The position numbers and the translations under genes were made by a program. Below are positions 48,211 to 60,504 of a DNA stretch of 64,000 nt, one piece after another (the first letter of the stretch is position 1; every line of letters begins with the position of its first letter). Origin of the DNA: Squalus acanthias (taxonomy: Eukaryota). The stretch is from assembly GCA_030390025.1 (NCBI GenBank), contig CM059431.1, positions 132,558,001 to 132,622,000 of the forward strand, read 5' to 3'. Below the pieces are notes generated by a model. It ran no database searches, was not told where the DNA came from, and saw only the letters and a program-made list of their open reading frames with translations.

Positions 48211-51200
48211 GGGCTAAAAATTCGATAGCCCCCAAAAATGGGCACGGGGATCGTGATGCGCGATTGGCCCATTGAAAGAAATGCAGGCAGCACGTGACCT
48301 TCGTGCTGCCTGCTAATTACAATGATTCCAGCATTCAGCCCAGCAGGGGGCCCAAGTTTGTGCGAGTCCAAATAAAACTAGCCTCCACTTCTTAAAGGCA
48401 GTCTGCACCTCTTAAAGGGGAGGTGCATTCTGCCTGCAGCAGCTCCTGCAACTGGTTGTGGAGGCAAGGCTCACAAAGAAGAAGAGTGAATAATGGCTCA
48501 ACAGGCCAGAGAAAGGGCTCCAAAGTTCTTGGATGCAGCACTACAGGCCTTAGTGCAGAGGGTGGAAAGGAGAAGACAGGTCCTCTATTTGCAGGGGGCC
48601 AGGAGGCCCTCCAGACACACACTGTGGGCCGTGGGAGCAGATAGCCGAAGAAGTCAATGCAATGCCGAAAGAAGTTCAATGACCTTACACGAGTGGTCAA
48701 GGTCAGTGAATGCATCTTCAAATGCCGTCTCCCAAAACTGCACCACTAGCCTCACACACTGCTCAATGCATCATACCCCCATCACTCACCTATCAACAAT
48801 CTCTATCAATCACGACTCAAACCTCACATTCATAGCTTCACCTCACCCTCACACACTTTCCACTGCTGCAAGCCTCACACCACACTCACACCTTGCACAC
48901 AGTCAGCTATTCAACCATGACAGGCACATCACCCAAACACATTGCATCACACTCACTGACACTTCCCTCTCTCTTGCAGGCCAAGGTGTCTCATAACTGC
49001 AGGCAACAGCAGCTAACCGCCGGGGGACTGGCAAGCCTGTTTTTCTTTACCCAACTGGAGGAGACGATGCTCGATATTATTGGAGGGGCCGTCACTGAGG
49101 CTGTGGCAAGCCTGAAACTATTGAAGACGACGGTATGCTCACACCTAATCCGCCTTTTCACATCCTACTTGCCCCTCATCCCACAATCTCTTCTCACTTA
49201 CAAGCAGCTGCTGATGGTGTAAGCATGCACATCTTGCTTGCCCCCCTCCCCTTAATACAACCCTACCCTTGTGCCTTTCTCCTTTCAGATACCAGCCAGT
49301 GCAGGAAGAGCAAGAAGAGAGCGATGGAGAAGAGATACCGTCACTCGATCGCCCACTCGCAGTCACCAGCTCAGATACTGGCACCGCGTGAACTTTAGAG
49401 GGTAGTATAGAGGTAGGATCTGCACGTGGTGAGTCACCGGGCACGAGTGGTCTGCAGCCAGGGCAGGCGGAAAGGGAAGCGCAGGTGTCAGCTTCCCGGA
49501 GGGTGAGGTCGCACACGAATTCTGCTGCAGAGGACTCGGATGAGGACTTCGATGGAGCAGGCTACAGAAGAAGGGCGATGGGCATGCACAGAGAAATGCT
49601 TGGTGCATTGGCAGGTCTGCCAGACAGCGTGTTATCACTGTCTAGGAGCATGGCACCAACTTTGTACAGGGCTTTGCGCAGAGCTTGGAGCTCACAATTT
49701 CCAGGATGGATGTGATGGGCAACTCCATTAGCGCACATGTGGACCTTCCCAACCATGATGCAGGGTCTGATGGCTGATGTCTCAGCTTCCATTGCAGCAC
49801 AATTGAAGCAACCCGACGTCAGAGTGCTGCAGTGGAAGTTCAGACTTCTGTCATTCAAGCTCAAACTGCTCTCATGCAGGCTCAGCTTGCTGCCACGCAA
49901 GCTCAGACTGCTGCCATCGTGGCTGCATTTACCAGTGCTGAAACGGGCTTGCAGGGTGTCACAGCAGTCTAGCATTCTGTCCTCCAACAGATTACTAGGA
50001 TTGCTGAGGCGTCGCCCCGAGGGAGTGGCAGTGGCTCCATGGAGCAAGAACCTACTGTCTTCTCAGGGTGATAGCATTTGTCCTCCCACCACTGCCACTC
50101 CACCAGTGCCCTTGCCACTGCCTGTCAGCCAGCCCCGCCCAGACTGCTGCCGCCTGTGCTGAGATGGTGCAGTCCGCTGCAGAGCCTTCTAGGTCTAGAG
50201 CTGCTTGACGTCTTCCTGCAAGGGCATCTACAGTATCCCCCACGGAAAGTCAGCAGCCTTCCACCAGCTATGCTGCAGCCACTGGAGTAGCGCTTCATAG
50301 GAGCACTAGGACAGGCAAAGGCACACGGAAGACAGGCACTAAGGGAATGCACAAGGGTGATTAGTTGACTTTGTTATGTAATATTGGATTGATTGATTTA
50401 TAAGTTTATCTGGAGTGTTTATTTTGTGGTGGCTTTCATTTCAGTATTGTGGTCAAGAGGACGCTGTGATGTTCTGCGACAGAGTGATGGTAAGGTGGGG
50501 AAGTGTTGAGCAACGGGGATCTGGGGTTTCATTCAGGAGAAGCAGAGTCTGATGATGTGCTCATGGACAGCCCATCCGGAACGTGGATGTGCAGGCTGCC
50601 ACCTCCCTTCCTCCTCCTCCTGAGGTGGTCGTGGAACCTGTGCCCTCATGGTGGCTAAGTTGTGGAGGATGCAACAGACCACCACAAATTGGGACACCCG
50701 CTCCGACGAGTATTAGAGGGCTCCTCCCGAGCGGTCAAGGCAGCAGAATTGCTCCTTCAGCATCCCGATGATCTGCTTGTGGCAGCATGACTCTCATTAT
50801 ATGAGTGCTGGCCACAAGTGGTGGGGTTGCAGAGGGGAGTCATCAGCCAGTGTAGAGCGGATAGCCCTCGTCGCCGAGCAGCCACCCTCGGGTTCGACGT
50901 GGTGGCTTGAAGATTGCTGGCAGAGCAGATTGGCACAGAATGAACACATCATGACTGCTGCCAGAATAGCAGGTATTTACCAGCATGATGTGCTGGGCAT
51001 GGTCACACACCAACTGCACATTAAGTGGGTGGTACCCTTTGCAGTCACCATTGAGATGTGGCGCCCGCAAAGCCACCTGTGTGCGGTCAATTACACCCTG
51101 CACCATGTGGGAACCGGATATCCTGGCAAAGCCATGTGCCTGCTCCTCCTGCTTCTCTCTGTTTAGAGAAGTCCCCTCTCCTAGCATACAGAGCCTCTGT

Positions 51201-52592
51201 GACCTCCCGGATGCAGCGATTGACAGCGAACTGTGAGATGTTTGCTGTGTCGCCTGTTCCATCCTGGAAGGATCCGTTGGCGAAAAGAATTCAGGGCCAC
51301 GGTCACCTTGAGTGCCACTGGCAGCGCTGTCTTCGCTCTGCTCTGAGGCCGCAGGTCTGGTTCCAAGAGGTGGCAGAGTTCTGTGACCACCTCCTTGGTG
51401 AAGTGGAGCTACCAAACACACTGCTGGCTTCGGTGCAGGGAAAAGTGCTTCCATCTACAAGGCACAAGTAAGGAGTGTGATGGAATACTCTCCACTTGCC
51501 TGGATGAGTGCAGCTCCAACAACACTCAAGAAGCTCGACACCATCCAGGACAAAGCAGCCCGCTTGATTGGCATCCCATCCACCACCTTAAACATTCACT
51601 CCCTCCACCACCGGCATACCATGGCTGCAGTGTGTACCATCTACAAGATGCACTGCAGCAACTCGCCAAGGCTTCTTTGGCAGCACCTCCCAAACCCACG
51701 ACCTCTTCCACCTAGAAAGACAAGGGCAGCAGGCGCATGGGAACACCACCACCTCCATGTTCCCCTCCAAGTCACACACCATCCTGACTTGGAAGTATAT
51801 CGCTGATCCTTCATCGTCACTGGGTCAAAATCCTGGAACACCCTACCTAACAGCACTGTGGGAGTACCTTCACCACATAGACTGCAGCAGTTCGAGAAAG
51901 CGGCTCACCACCAGCTTCTCAAGGACAATTAGGGATGGGCAATAAATGCTGGCCTTGCCAGTGACGCCCACATCCCATAAAAACGAATTTTAAAAAAAGA
52001 CCCTAGGTGGGTAAGGCCTCATGCTGAGAGCCCTCCTCCCCCCCACTCCTCCCTCTGTGAGCAGCTTGTCCTCTTTGCTGCCTCTGCTCCATCTCTGGGA
52101 GCTGTGGTGTACTTAGAGGCCTTCCAGTAGCAGCCAATGCCTTCCCAATGTCCAGCAGCACTCCCTACACACTTTACCAACTTTTGAAATCTCTTCCAGC
52201 AACCCAGTATTCCTACAAACTCGAAGAGCCAGTACATAGCAATAAGCAACTAACCTACAAGTTGGATGTATCCTTTTAAGTAGCGCTGATTGGTGGGGGG
52301 GTCCCTCATGCAACTGAACACACGTTCAGCTGTGCGCATTTAGGAGAGGGCGTTGAATGAAGCGGTGAAGTTGAAAATGGCAGATCGTGCGTCAATTCAG
52401 CATTACACATTGACTGACGTCACGATCTGCCTACTCTGCATAGTCGGCGCATGCACGTACCGCCTGTGCTAGTGCATTTACCAAGATGCCGTTCAGCGCG
52501 GGCCGCGCCAGAAGTGGCCGGAAGCAAGGCAGACCCATTTTTCCTTCAAAACCAGCCAAAACTACTGGCGCTACAGATCGAATTTCGCAACC
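48211..52592. mobile_element. Decayed autonomous-type PIF/Harbinger element: spliced Myb/SANT gene (+) and transposase (-)
   Basis: TIR GGGCTAAAAATTCGAT / ATCGAATTTCGCAACC; TSD TCA. Myb/SANT exons 48493-48701, 48980-49132 and from 49289, all GT-AG. Transposase motifs GVIDRTQV, KGYHPLNVQLVCDH, GSSHD and GWLLGDEGYP. Confidence 0.9.
51446..51998 (+). mobile_element. 3' fragment of the CR1-group LINE inserted in the Harbinger transposase
   Basis: Near-identical to 17570-18115, including the tail. Confidence 0.9.
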
Positions 52593-53299
52593 TCAGTCTA
52601 GATTAAGTGCTCAAATCTCTGGATTGAGGCTTGAACCCATGACCTTCTGACAGAAGCAGAAATGCTAGCACTGAGCTAATTGAAGAGAGTCAGGGGTTTA
52701 GAGTTAGAGTTGGTGGGGGACTGGGGATTTTTAGAGCCTGGGGCTAGGGAAAGGGGAGGATACGGCAGAGACAGCAGCACAGATGGTCTAGATCTTGGTG
52801 ATGAAGGAATCCATATGCTTCTCTCAACTGATACTTGGCGAGGGTGAAGGGGGCAGGGTATAGCTATTTAAACAGGCAGTTGGTTATAGAGAAATGGAAC
52901 CCAAGTTATCCTAGCTCTACAAGATGATCCTAGTGTAGGGGTCAGCATTGGCGGAGTAGAGCAAAGGCAGAATGTTAGAACTCACAAGATATAGATATCC
53001 TCCTACATTGGGGGCAAGGGGGGGGGCGAGATTAACGATTCAGTTAGTAATACAGTAGTAATAGGACACTAGATTGTTAGAGGAGTGGTCATTATTTCCA
53101 GATTGGAAATCCTGGATGCTTTTTTGTCTACCAGTTGCTACGGTAAGGGATATTTCAGGAAGACTGGAAAAGATTATAGAAGGGTAGGGAAAGCAACCAG
53201 TTATCTTACTCCAATGGAGATCAATGATAAATGAAAGGGAAGAAAAGGAAAGGCCTGCAAAAGGAGTTTAGGACAGTTAACATTGATTTAAACAACTTT

Positions 53300-53812
53300 A
53301 GACCTTAACCACCGCTCCCATTTTCTCTCAGACAGCAGGTGATGGTAATGAAGCATGGCTACACCAGAGCCACTGGAAGTGGAAGAGTTCTGGGATGGTA
53401 CTTGGGGTGGGGATCCCCTATCGGTATACGGTCAACGGCTCAGTCTGCACCCTGGGGTGTACCTGCCTCTCTTCCACAACATTCATGAGCCATGGGAGCC
53501 TACTGTTTGTCAGATTTTCCATGTTTCCCTCCTCTTCTGATGTAACAATTTACACCTCCTCTGGTATTTCTATACTTGTCTCACTATCACCTAATTTTGC
53601 CTTGCACCACCATCACTTTTGTCATTTAATTACTCCTGCCCTCCACCCTATCGCAGACCTCTACCTTTTCTTCTTTTCCTGGCTCTGTACTTGATGAAAA
53701 GCTGTTCATCTCCAATATTTTCCAGTTCTGCTGAAAGGTCAACAACCTGAAACATTAACTCTGTTTCTCTCTCCACAGATGCTGCCTGACCTGCTGAGTG
53801 TTTCCAGCATTT
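53300..53812 (+). mobile_element. Penelope-type 3' region with a degenerate hammerhead (53724-53760)
   Basis: AGTT-CTGCTGA-AAGGTCAACAACCT-GAAAC-ATT-AACT, followed by the CTCTCCACAGATGCTGCCTGACCTGCTGAG segment also present at ~19890 and, reversed, at ~57950. Confidence 0.55.
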
Positions 53813-53914
53813 TTGGGGGGGGGGGGCGGAAATCGAGTGAGGGGATTGGAGTGGGGGGGGTGGGGGGGGGGGGAAGAGAGAGGGAAGAGAGGAGATCAGG
53901 AGCGGGGGGGGGGG

Positions 53915-53963
<49 letters not shown>

Positions 53964-53985
53964 TCGGAGGGGGGAGAGAGAGAGC
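53813..53985. repeat. G-rich and (GA)n low-complexity tract
   Basis: Poly-G runs and GAGAGA repeats are directly visible. Confidence 0.9.
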
Positions 53986-53987
53986 TA

Positions 53988-56900
53988 AGAGCAGCACCAG
54001 GCGTACCTAAAAGTGAGGTGCCAACCTGAGGAAGCTGCAACACAGGACTACATACATGTTAAACAGCAGAAGCAGCATGCTATAGACAGAGCCAAGCAAT
54101 CCCATAACCAACGGATCAGATCAAAGCTCTGCAGTCCTGCCACATGAATGGTGGTGGACAATTCAACAACAAACGGGAGGAGGAGGCTTCATGAACATCC
54201 CCATCCTGAATGATGGCGGAGCCCAGCACACAAGTGCAAAAGACAAGGCTGAAACGTTTGCAACCATCTTCAGCCAGAAGTGCCGAGTGGATGATCCATC
54301 TCGGCCTCCTCCCGAGGTTTCCACCATCACAGAAGCCATTCCTGAACCAATTCAATTCACTCCATGAAGAAATGGCTGAGCACACTGGATACAGCAAAGG
54401 TTATGGGCCCCGACAACATTCCGGCTGTAGTGCTGAAGTCTTGTGCTCCAGAACTAGCCGTGCCTCCAGCCAAGCTGTTCCAGTACAGCTACAACACTGA
54501 CATCTACCCGACAAAGTGGAAAATAGCCCAGGTATGTCCTTTCCACAGAAAGCAGGACAAATCTAATCAGGCCAATTACCGCCCCATCAGCCTACTCTCA
54601 ATCATCAACAAAGTGATGGAAGGTGTCGTCGACAGTGCTACTAAGTGGTATTTACTCACCAATAACCTGCTCACCAATGCTCAGTTTGGGTTCCGCCAGG
54701 ACTACAGCTCCAGATCTCATTACAGCCTTGGTCCAAACATGGACAAAAGAGCTGAATTCTAGAGGTAAGGCGAGAGTGATTCCAATTATCAAGGCAGCAT
54801 TTGACCGAGTGTGGCATCAAGGAGCCCTGGTAAAACTGAAGTCAACGGGAATCAGGGGGAAAACGCTCCACTGGTTGGAGTCATACCTAGCACAAAGGAA
54901 TATGGTTGTGGTTGTTGGAGGCCAAACATCTCAGCCCCAGGAACTCACTGCAGGAGTTCCTCAGGGCAATGGCCTAGGCCCAACCATCTTCAGCTGCTTC
55001 AACAATGACCTTCCCTCCAACATAAGGTCAGAAGTGGGAATGTTTGCTGATGATTGTAGTGTTCAGTTCTATTTGCAACTCTTCAGATAATGAAACAGTC
55101 CATGGCTGCATGCACATAACCTGGCCAACATTCAGGCTTGGGCTGATAAGTGGCAAGTAACATTTGCGCCACACAAGGGCCAGTCAATGACCATCTCCAA
55201 CAAGAAAGCGTCTAGCCACCTCCCCATCCTGGGGTCACCAGTGACCAGAAACTTAACTGGACTATTCCTACTAAATTGCTGACCACTCAACTTCCCTTCC
55301 TGGCTCCCGTGTTAGCAGATATTGTTACCAGTTCGTTCTCTCTCAGATATTGTCCCCTTTTCCTTCAAATCTGCCGTTAAATCACCCATCTCCTCAAAAA
55401 AACAACCCTTGAGCCTCCGTCCTTGCATACTATCGCCCTATATCCAACCTCCCTTTCCTCTCCAAAGTTCGTGAACGTGTTGTCGCCTCCCAAATCCGTG
55501 CCCATCTTTCCCAGAACTCCTTGTTTGAATCCTCCAATTAGGCTTCCGCCCCTGCCACAGTACTGAAACGGTTCTTACCAAGGTCACAAATGACAACCTA
55601 ATTGACTGCAACTAAGGTAAACTCTCCCTTCTCATCGTTCTGGACCTGTCTACAGCCTTTAACACGGTTGACCACAAAATTCTGCTCCAACGCCCACCGT
55701 CGTCCAGCTAGATGGGACTGCACTCGCCTGGTTTCATTCCTATCTTTCCAGCCGTAACCATAGAATCACCTGCAATGGCTTCTCTTCCCCATCCCGCACC
55801 GTCACCTCTGGTGTCCCCCAAGGATCTATCCTTGGCCCCCTCCTATATCTCATCTACATGCTGCCCCTCGGTGACATCATCTGGTGAGTTTTCACATGTA
55901 TGCTGATGATACCCAACTCTACCTCTTCTCCATCTCTCTTAAACCCTGCACCATCTCTATACCATCAGATTGCTTGTCTGACATCCAGCACAGGATGAGT
56001 AGAAATTTCCTCCAATTAAATGTCGGGAAGACCGAAGCCATTGTCTTCAGTTCACGCCACAAACTCCATTCCCTTTTCACTGATTCGATCTCTCTCCCCG
56101 GCAACTGTCCAAGGCTGACCAAGTCTGTTCGCAACCTTGGTGTCATATCTGATCACGAAATGAGCTTCCTACCTCATATCCATTCTATCACGAAGACTGC
56201 CCATTTCCACCTTTGTAATATCGCCCGTCTCCACCCTTACCTCCACTTATCTGCTGCTGATATCCTCATCCGTGTCTTTATCACCTCTAGACGTGACTAT
56301 TCCAATGCACTCCTGGCCGGCCACCCTAGTTCTACCGTCCATAAACTTGAGGTCATCGAAAACTCTCACCAAGTCCCACTCACCCATCTCCTCTGTACTT
56401 GCTGACCTCCATTGGCTCCCAGTTAAGCAATGCCTCGATTTTAAAATTCCCATTCTTGTTTTCGAATCCCTCCATGGTCTCGCCACTCCTTACCTGTAAT
56501 CTCCTCCTGTCCTATAATTCCTCATGACCACTGCGCTCCGCCTATTCTGGCCTTTTGAACATCCCTAATTTTAATTGCTCCACCATTGGTGGTCGTGCCT
56601 TCAGTTGCCTAGGTCCTAAGCTCTGGAATTTCCTCCGGCTATCCATTTCTCTTTCCTCCTTTAAGATGCTCCTTAAAATCTACCTCTTCGACCAAGCTTT
56701 TGGTCATCTGCCCCAACATCTCCTTATATGGCTCGGTGTCAAATTTTGATTTTTTTTTTTTTTGATAACGCTCCTGTGAAGCACCTTGGGATGTTTTATT
56801 AGATTAAAGGCGCTATATAAATATAAGTTGCTATTGTTGTTGGACCAGCCACATAAATACTGTGGCTACAAGAGCAGGTCAGAGGCTAGGTATTCTGTGG

Positions 56901-57450
56901 CGAGTGGCTCACCTCCTGACTCCCCAAAGTCTTTCCACCATCTACAAGGCACAAGTCAGGAGCGTGATGGAATACTCTCCACTTGCCTCGATATGTGCAG
57001 CTCCAAAAACACTCAAGAAGCTCGACACCATTCAGGACAAAGCAGCCTGCTTGATTGGCACCCCATCCACCACCTTAAACATTCACTCCCTCCACCACCG
57101 GCGCACCGTGGCTGCAGTGTGTACCATCTACAAGATGCACTGCAGCAACTTGCCAAGGCTTCTTCGACAGCACCTCCCAAACCCGCGACCTCTACCACCT
57201 AGAAAGATACAGGCAGCAGGCGCATGGGAACACCACCACCTCCAAGTCACACACCATCTTGACTTGGAAATATATCACCATTCCTGGGTGAAAATCCTAG
57301 AACCCCCTCCCTAACAGCACTGTGGGAGTACCTTCACCTCACAGACTGCAGCGATTCAAGAAGGCAGCTCACCACCATCTTCTCAAGGTCAATTAGGGAT
57401 GGGCAATAAATGCTGGCCTTGCCAGCGGCGCCCATATCCCGTGAATGAAA
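53988..57450 (+). mobile_element. CR1-group LINE (pieces 53988-55262 and 56846-57450) interrupted by L2
   Basis: Homologous to 16140-18115; motifs NYRPISLL, GVPQG and FADD; same 3' tail. Confidence 0.9.
55263..56840 (+). mobile_element. 5'-truncated L2 LINE
   Basis: GVPQGSILGP and FHMYADDTQLY; tail GGCGCTATATAAATATAAGTTGCTATTGTTG; TSD TGGAC. Confidence 0.92.
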
Positions 57451-57788
57451 TCAATTAGTCTACAACAGACCCAGACATGACGCTAGGAAAACCTCAGTGG
57501 TGGAGAGTTTTGGGAATGATAGGTCCAAAGTTACCTGTTCCTCCAATGCTACACTTAGCATATGTTAACCTCCACTACAGCTCGTGTGGAGGACAAACAC
57601 CAACACAGACTGGTTGGGCAGATCAGCCGGTTTCGGTGCTGTTATTTCTAAGTAATTCTGTCTGCAATGCAACTAGAATTTTCAGCAATCAATATTTTCC
57701 ACATGCATTTGCTGATGTTCTGAGAAGCTGAAAAGATCAAGTGCTCAGGTATTGAAACAGATTATGGTTTTCAAACATTAACACTGAC

Positions 57789-57847
57789 CTGTCACTGACG
57801 TGTTCAATCCAAAGTTCCAGCTCAGACTTTGAAGCAGCCTCTTTAAT
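57789..57847 (-). CDS. TGDS: TGDS coding exon (59 bp, third from last)
   Basis: TTTAAATTTACAG|IKEAASKSELELWIEHVSD(R)|GTCAGT; compare human [20 protein letters not shown]. Its phase 2 end joins the 98-bp exon. Confidence 0.92.
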
Positions 57848-58195
57848 CTGTAAATTTAAAACTCATTTTCAAACCAAGCTGTGAAAAATAGTACTGTATA
57901 CACAAAAAAGGGAAAAAAGTACATTTGTTGAAAATCTAAAGCAAGAACAGAAATTTCTGGAAACATTCAGCAGGTTAGGCAGCATCTGTGGAGAGGACAT
58001 GTTAACACTTTGGGTGTTTTGACGCAGGATCCACATCCAAAACATTAACTCATCTGTTAGGAATATAGGAATTACTAAAAGTAAAAAAGACCAGTCCACC
58101 TAGTCTGCTTTCTACCATCTTGGTAGAATGATGCAGCAATAATGGAGTTGTTGACTAATCATAGCAATCAATCTCTACCAATTAGTCTACAACAG

Positions 58196-60255
58196 GGGTA
58201 CGATAGCATAGTGGTTATGTTACTGGACTAGTAATTCAGAGGGCTGGACTAATGATCCAGAGACACGAGTTCAATCCCACCACAGCAGCTGGGGAACTTA
58301 AATACAATTAAATAAATCCAGAATAAAAAGCTAGTTTCAGTAATGGTGAAACTACCGGATTGTCTTAAAAACCCATCTGGTTCACTAATCTCCTTCAGGG
58401 AAGGAAATCTGCCGACCTTACCCGGCCTGGCCTATATGTGACTCCAGACCCACACTTGACTCTTAACTGCCCTCTGAAATGCCCCAGCAAGTGACTCAGT
58501 TGTATGAAACCGCTACAAAAACGGTGGCATAGTGGTTAGCACTGTTACCTCACAGCGCCAGGGACCCGGGTTCGAATCCGGCCTCGGGTGACTGTCTGTG
58601 TGGAGTTTGCACATTCTCCCCGTGTCTGCGTGGGTTTCCTCCGGGTGCTCCAGTTTCCTCCCACAGTCCAAAGATGTGCGGGTTAGGTTGATTTGGCTAT
58701 GATAAATTGACCCTTAGTGTTAGGGGGGATTAAATACGTGGGGTTACGGGGATAGGGTGGGATATGTGTCGGTGCAGGCTCGATGGGCCGAAATGGCCTC
58801 TATCTGCACTGTGGGGATTCTGTGATTCTGTGAAAATAGAATAAAATCTGCATCGACTTAGGCACCAGATTTGGACACGACAAAGACACAACCAGCCCAG
58901 TCGACCCTGAAAAGTCCTCCTCACTAACATCTGGGGACTTGTGCCAAAATTGGAGAGCTGTCCCACAGACTAGTAAAGCAACAGCCTAACATAGCCATAC
59001 TCACAGAATCATACCTTTCAGCCAATGTCCCAGACTCCTCCATCACCATCCCTGGGTATATCCTGTCCCACCGGCAGGACAGACCCACCAGAGGTGGCGG
59101 CACAGTGGTATACAGTCGGGAGGGAGTGGCCCTGGAAGTCCTGAACACGGACTCCAGACCCCATGACATCAGGTCAAACATCAGCTGAGGGTGGGCGGTA
59201 GGTGGTAATCCTGCTGATGAATCAGTACTCCTCTGTGCTGAACTCCACTTGGAAGAAGCAAGGGCACAGAATGTGTGGGCGACTTCAGTGTCCATCACCA
59301 AGAGTGCCTCGGCAGTACCAGTACTGACCAAGCTGGCCGAGTACTGAAGGACATAGCTGCCAGACAGGGCCTGCGGCAGGTGATGAGAGAACCAACACGA
59401 GGGAAAAGCCTACTTGACCTCGTCCTCACCAATCTAACTGTCGCAGATGCATCTGTTCCATGACAGTATTGGTAGGAGTGACCACCGCAGTCCTTGTGGA
59501 GACGATGTCCCGTCTTCACACTGAGAAGACGCTCCATCTGGGATAGATTCAGAACAGATCTAGCAGCTCAAAACTGGGCATCCATGAGGTGCTGTGAGGC
59601 ATCATCAGCACCAGAATTGTATTCCACCACAATCTGTAACCTCATGGCCCGGCGTATTCCTCACTCTACCATTACGATCAAGCAAGGGACCAACCCTGGT
59701 TCAATGAGGAGCGTAGACGTACCTAAAAATGAAGTGTCAACCTGGTGAAGCTACAACACAGGACTAGATGCATGCTAAACAGCATGCTATAGACAGAGTG
59801 AAGTGATCCCACAGCCAATGGATCAGATTAAAGCTCTGCAGTCCTGCCACATCCAGTCGTGAATGGTGATGGTGGACAATTAAACAACTAACAGGAGGAG
59901 GAGGCTCCATGAATATCCCCATCCTCAACAATGGTGGAGCCCAGCAGGTGAGTGTAAAAGACAAAGCTGAAGCATTTACAACCATCTTCAGCCAGAGGAG
60001 CTGAGTGGATGAGCCATCTTGGCCTTCTCCTGAGGTCCACACCATCACAGAAGCCAATCTTCAGCCAATTCGGTTCACTCCACGTGATATCAAGAAATGG
60101 CTGAGCACTCTGGATACAGCAAGGCTATGGGCCCTGGCTGTCGTGCTGAAGACTTGTGCTCTAGAACTAGCCGCGCCTCCAGTCAAGCTGTTCAGGGATG
60201 GGCAATAAATGCTGGCCTTGCCAGCGACGCCCACATCCTGTGAATGAATTAAAAA
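58196..60255 (+). mobile_element. tRNA-headed CR1-group LINE with the RT region internally deleted
   Basis: A-box-like TAGCATAGTGG and B-box-like GAGTTCAATCC. Decayed EN region matches 15245 onward. Deletion junction AAGCTGTTC|AGGGATGGGCAATAAA at ~60193. TSD AACAG. Confidence 0.8.
58522..58832 (+). mobile_element. Full-length HE1/V-SINE-like tRNA-derived SINE
   Basis: A box TGGCATAGTGG, B box GGTTCGAATCC, V-domain TGTGGAGTTTGCACATTCTCCCCGTGTCTGCGTGGGTTTCCTCCGGGTGCTCC, and a CR1-type tail GGGCCGAAATGGCCT...(ATTCTGTG)2. Confidence 0.92.
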
Positions 60256-60504
60256 AACAGATTTGATACGAGGAAAACCCAAGTGGTATAGAGCTTTAGT
60301 AACCATAGGTCCAAAGTCAACTGCTCCTTTCAAGCATCCTACACTTGCCACGTCATGTCTGAAATTACTCAAATACTGCATCTCAAAATGATATTTTCTG
60401 AAAGGAATCTATCTAATTTGCATTTGAATGAATCTAAGCAACTGCTTCTACCCTTTCCCTAGGGAGCCTGTAGCACAGGTTGATCATTCGCTCACTGAAA
60501 TACT

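Larger units (their letters stand above)
47870..52680 (-). mobile_element. Deu-domain SINE split by the Harbinger (pieces ~47870-48210 and 52593-52680)
   Basis: SINE sequence is continuous across the insertion (AAAGTGTCA|GTCTAGATT...CTTGAACCC B-box region). Confidence 0.75.

Noticed and set aside
58522..58590. tRNA gene
   Set aside because: The A and B boxes run directly into a V-domain and LINE-type tail, so this is a SINE head rather than a tRNA.
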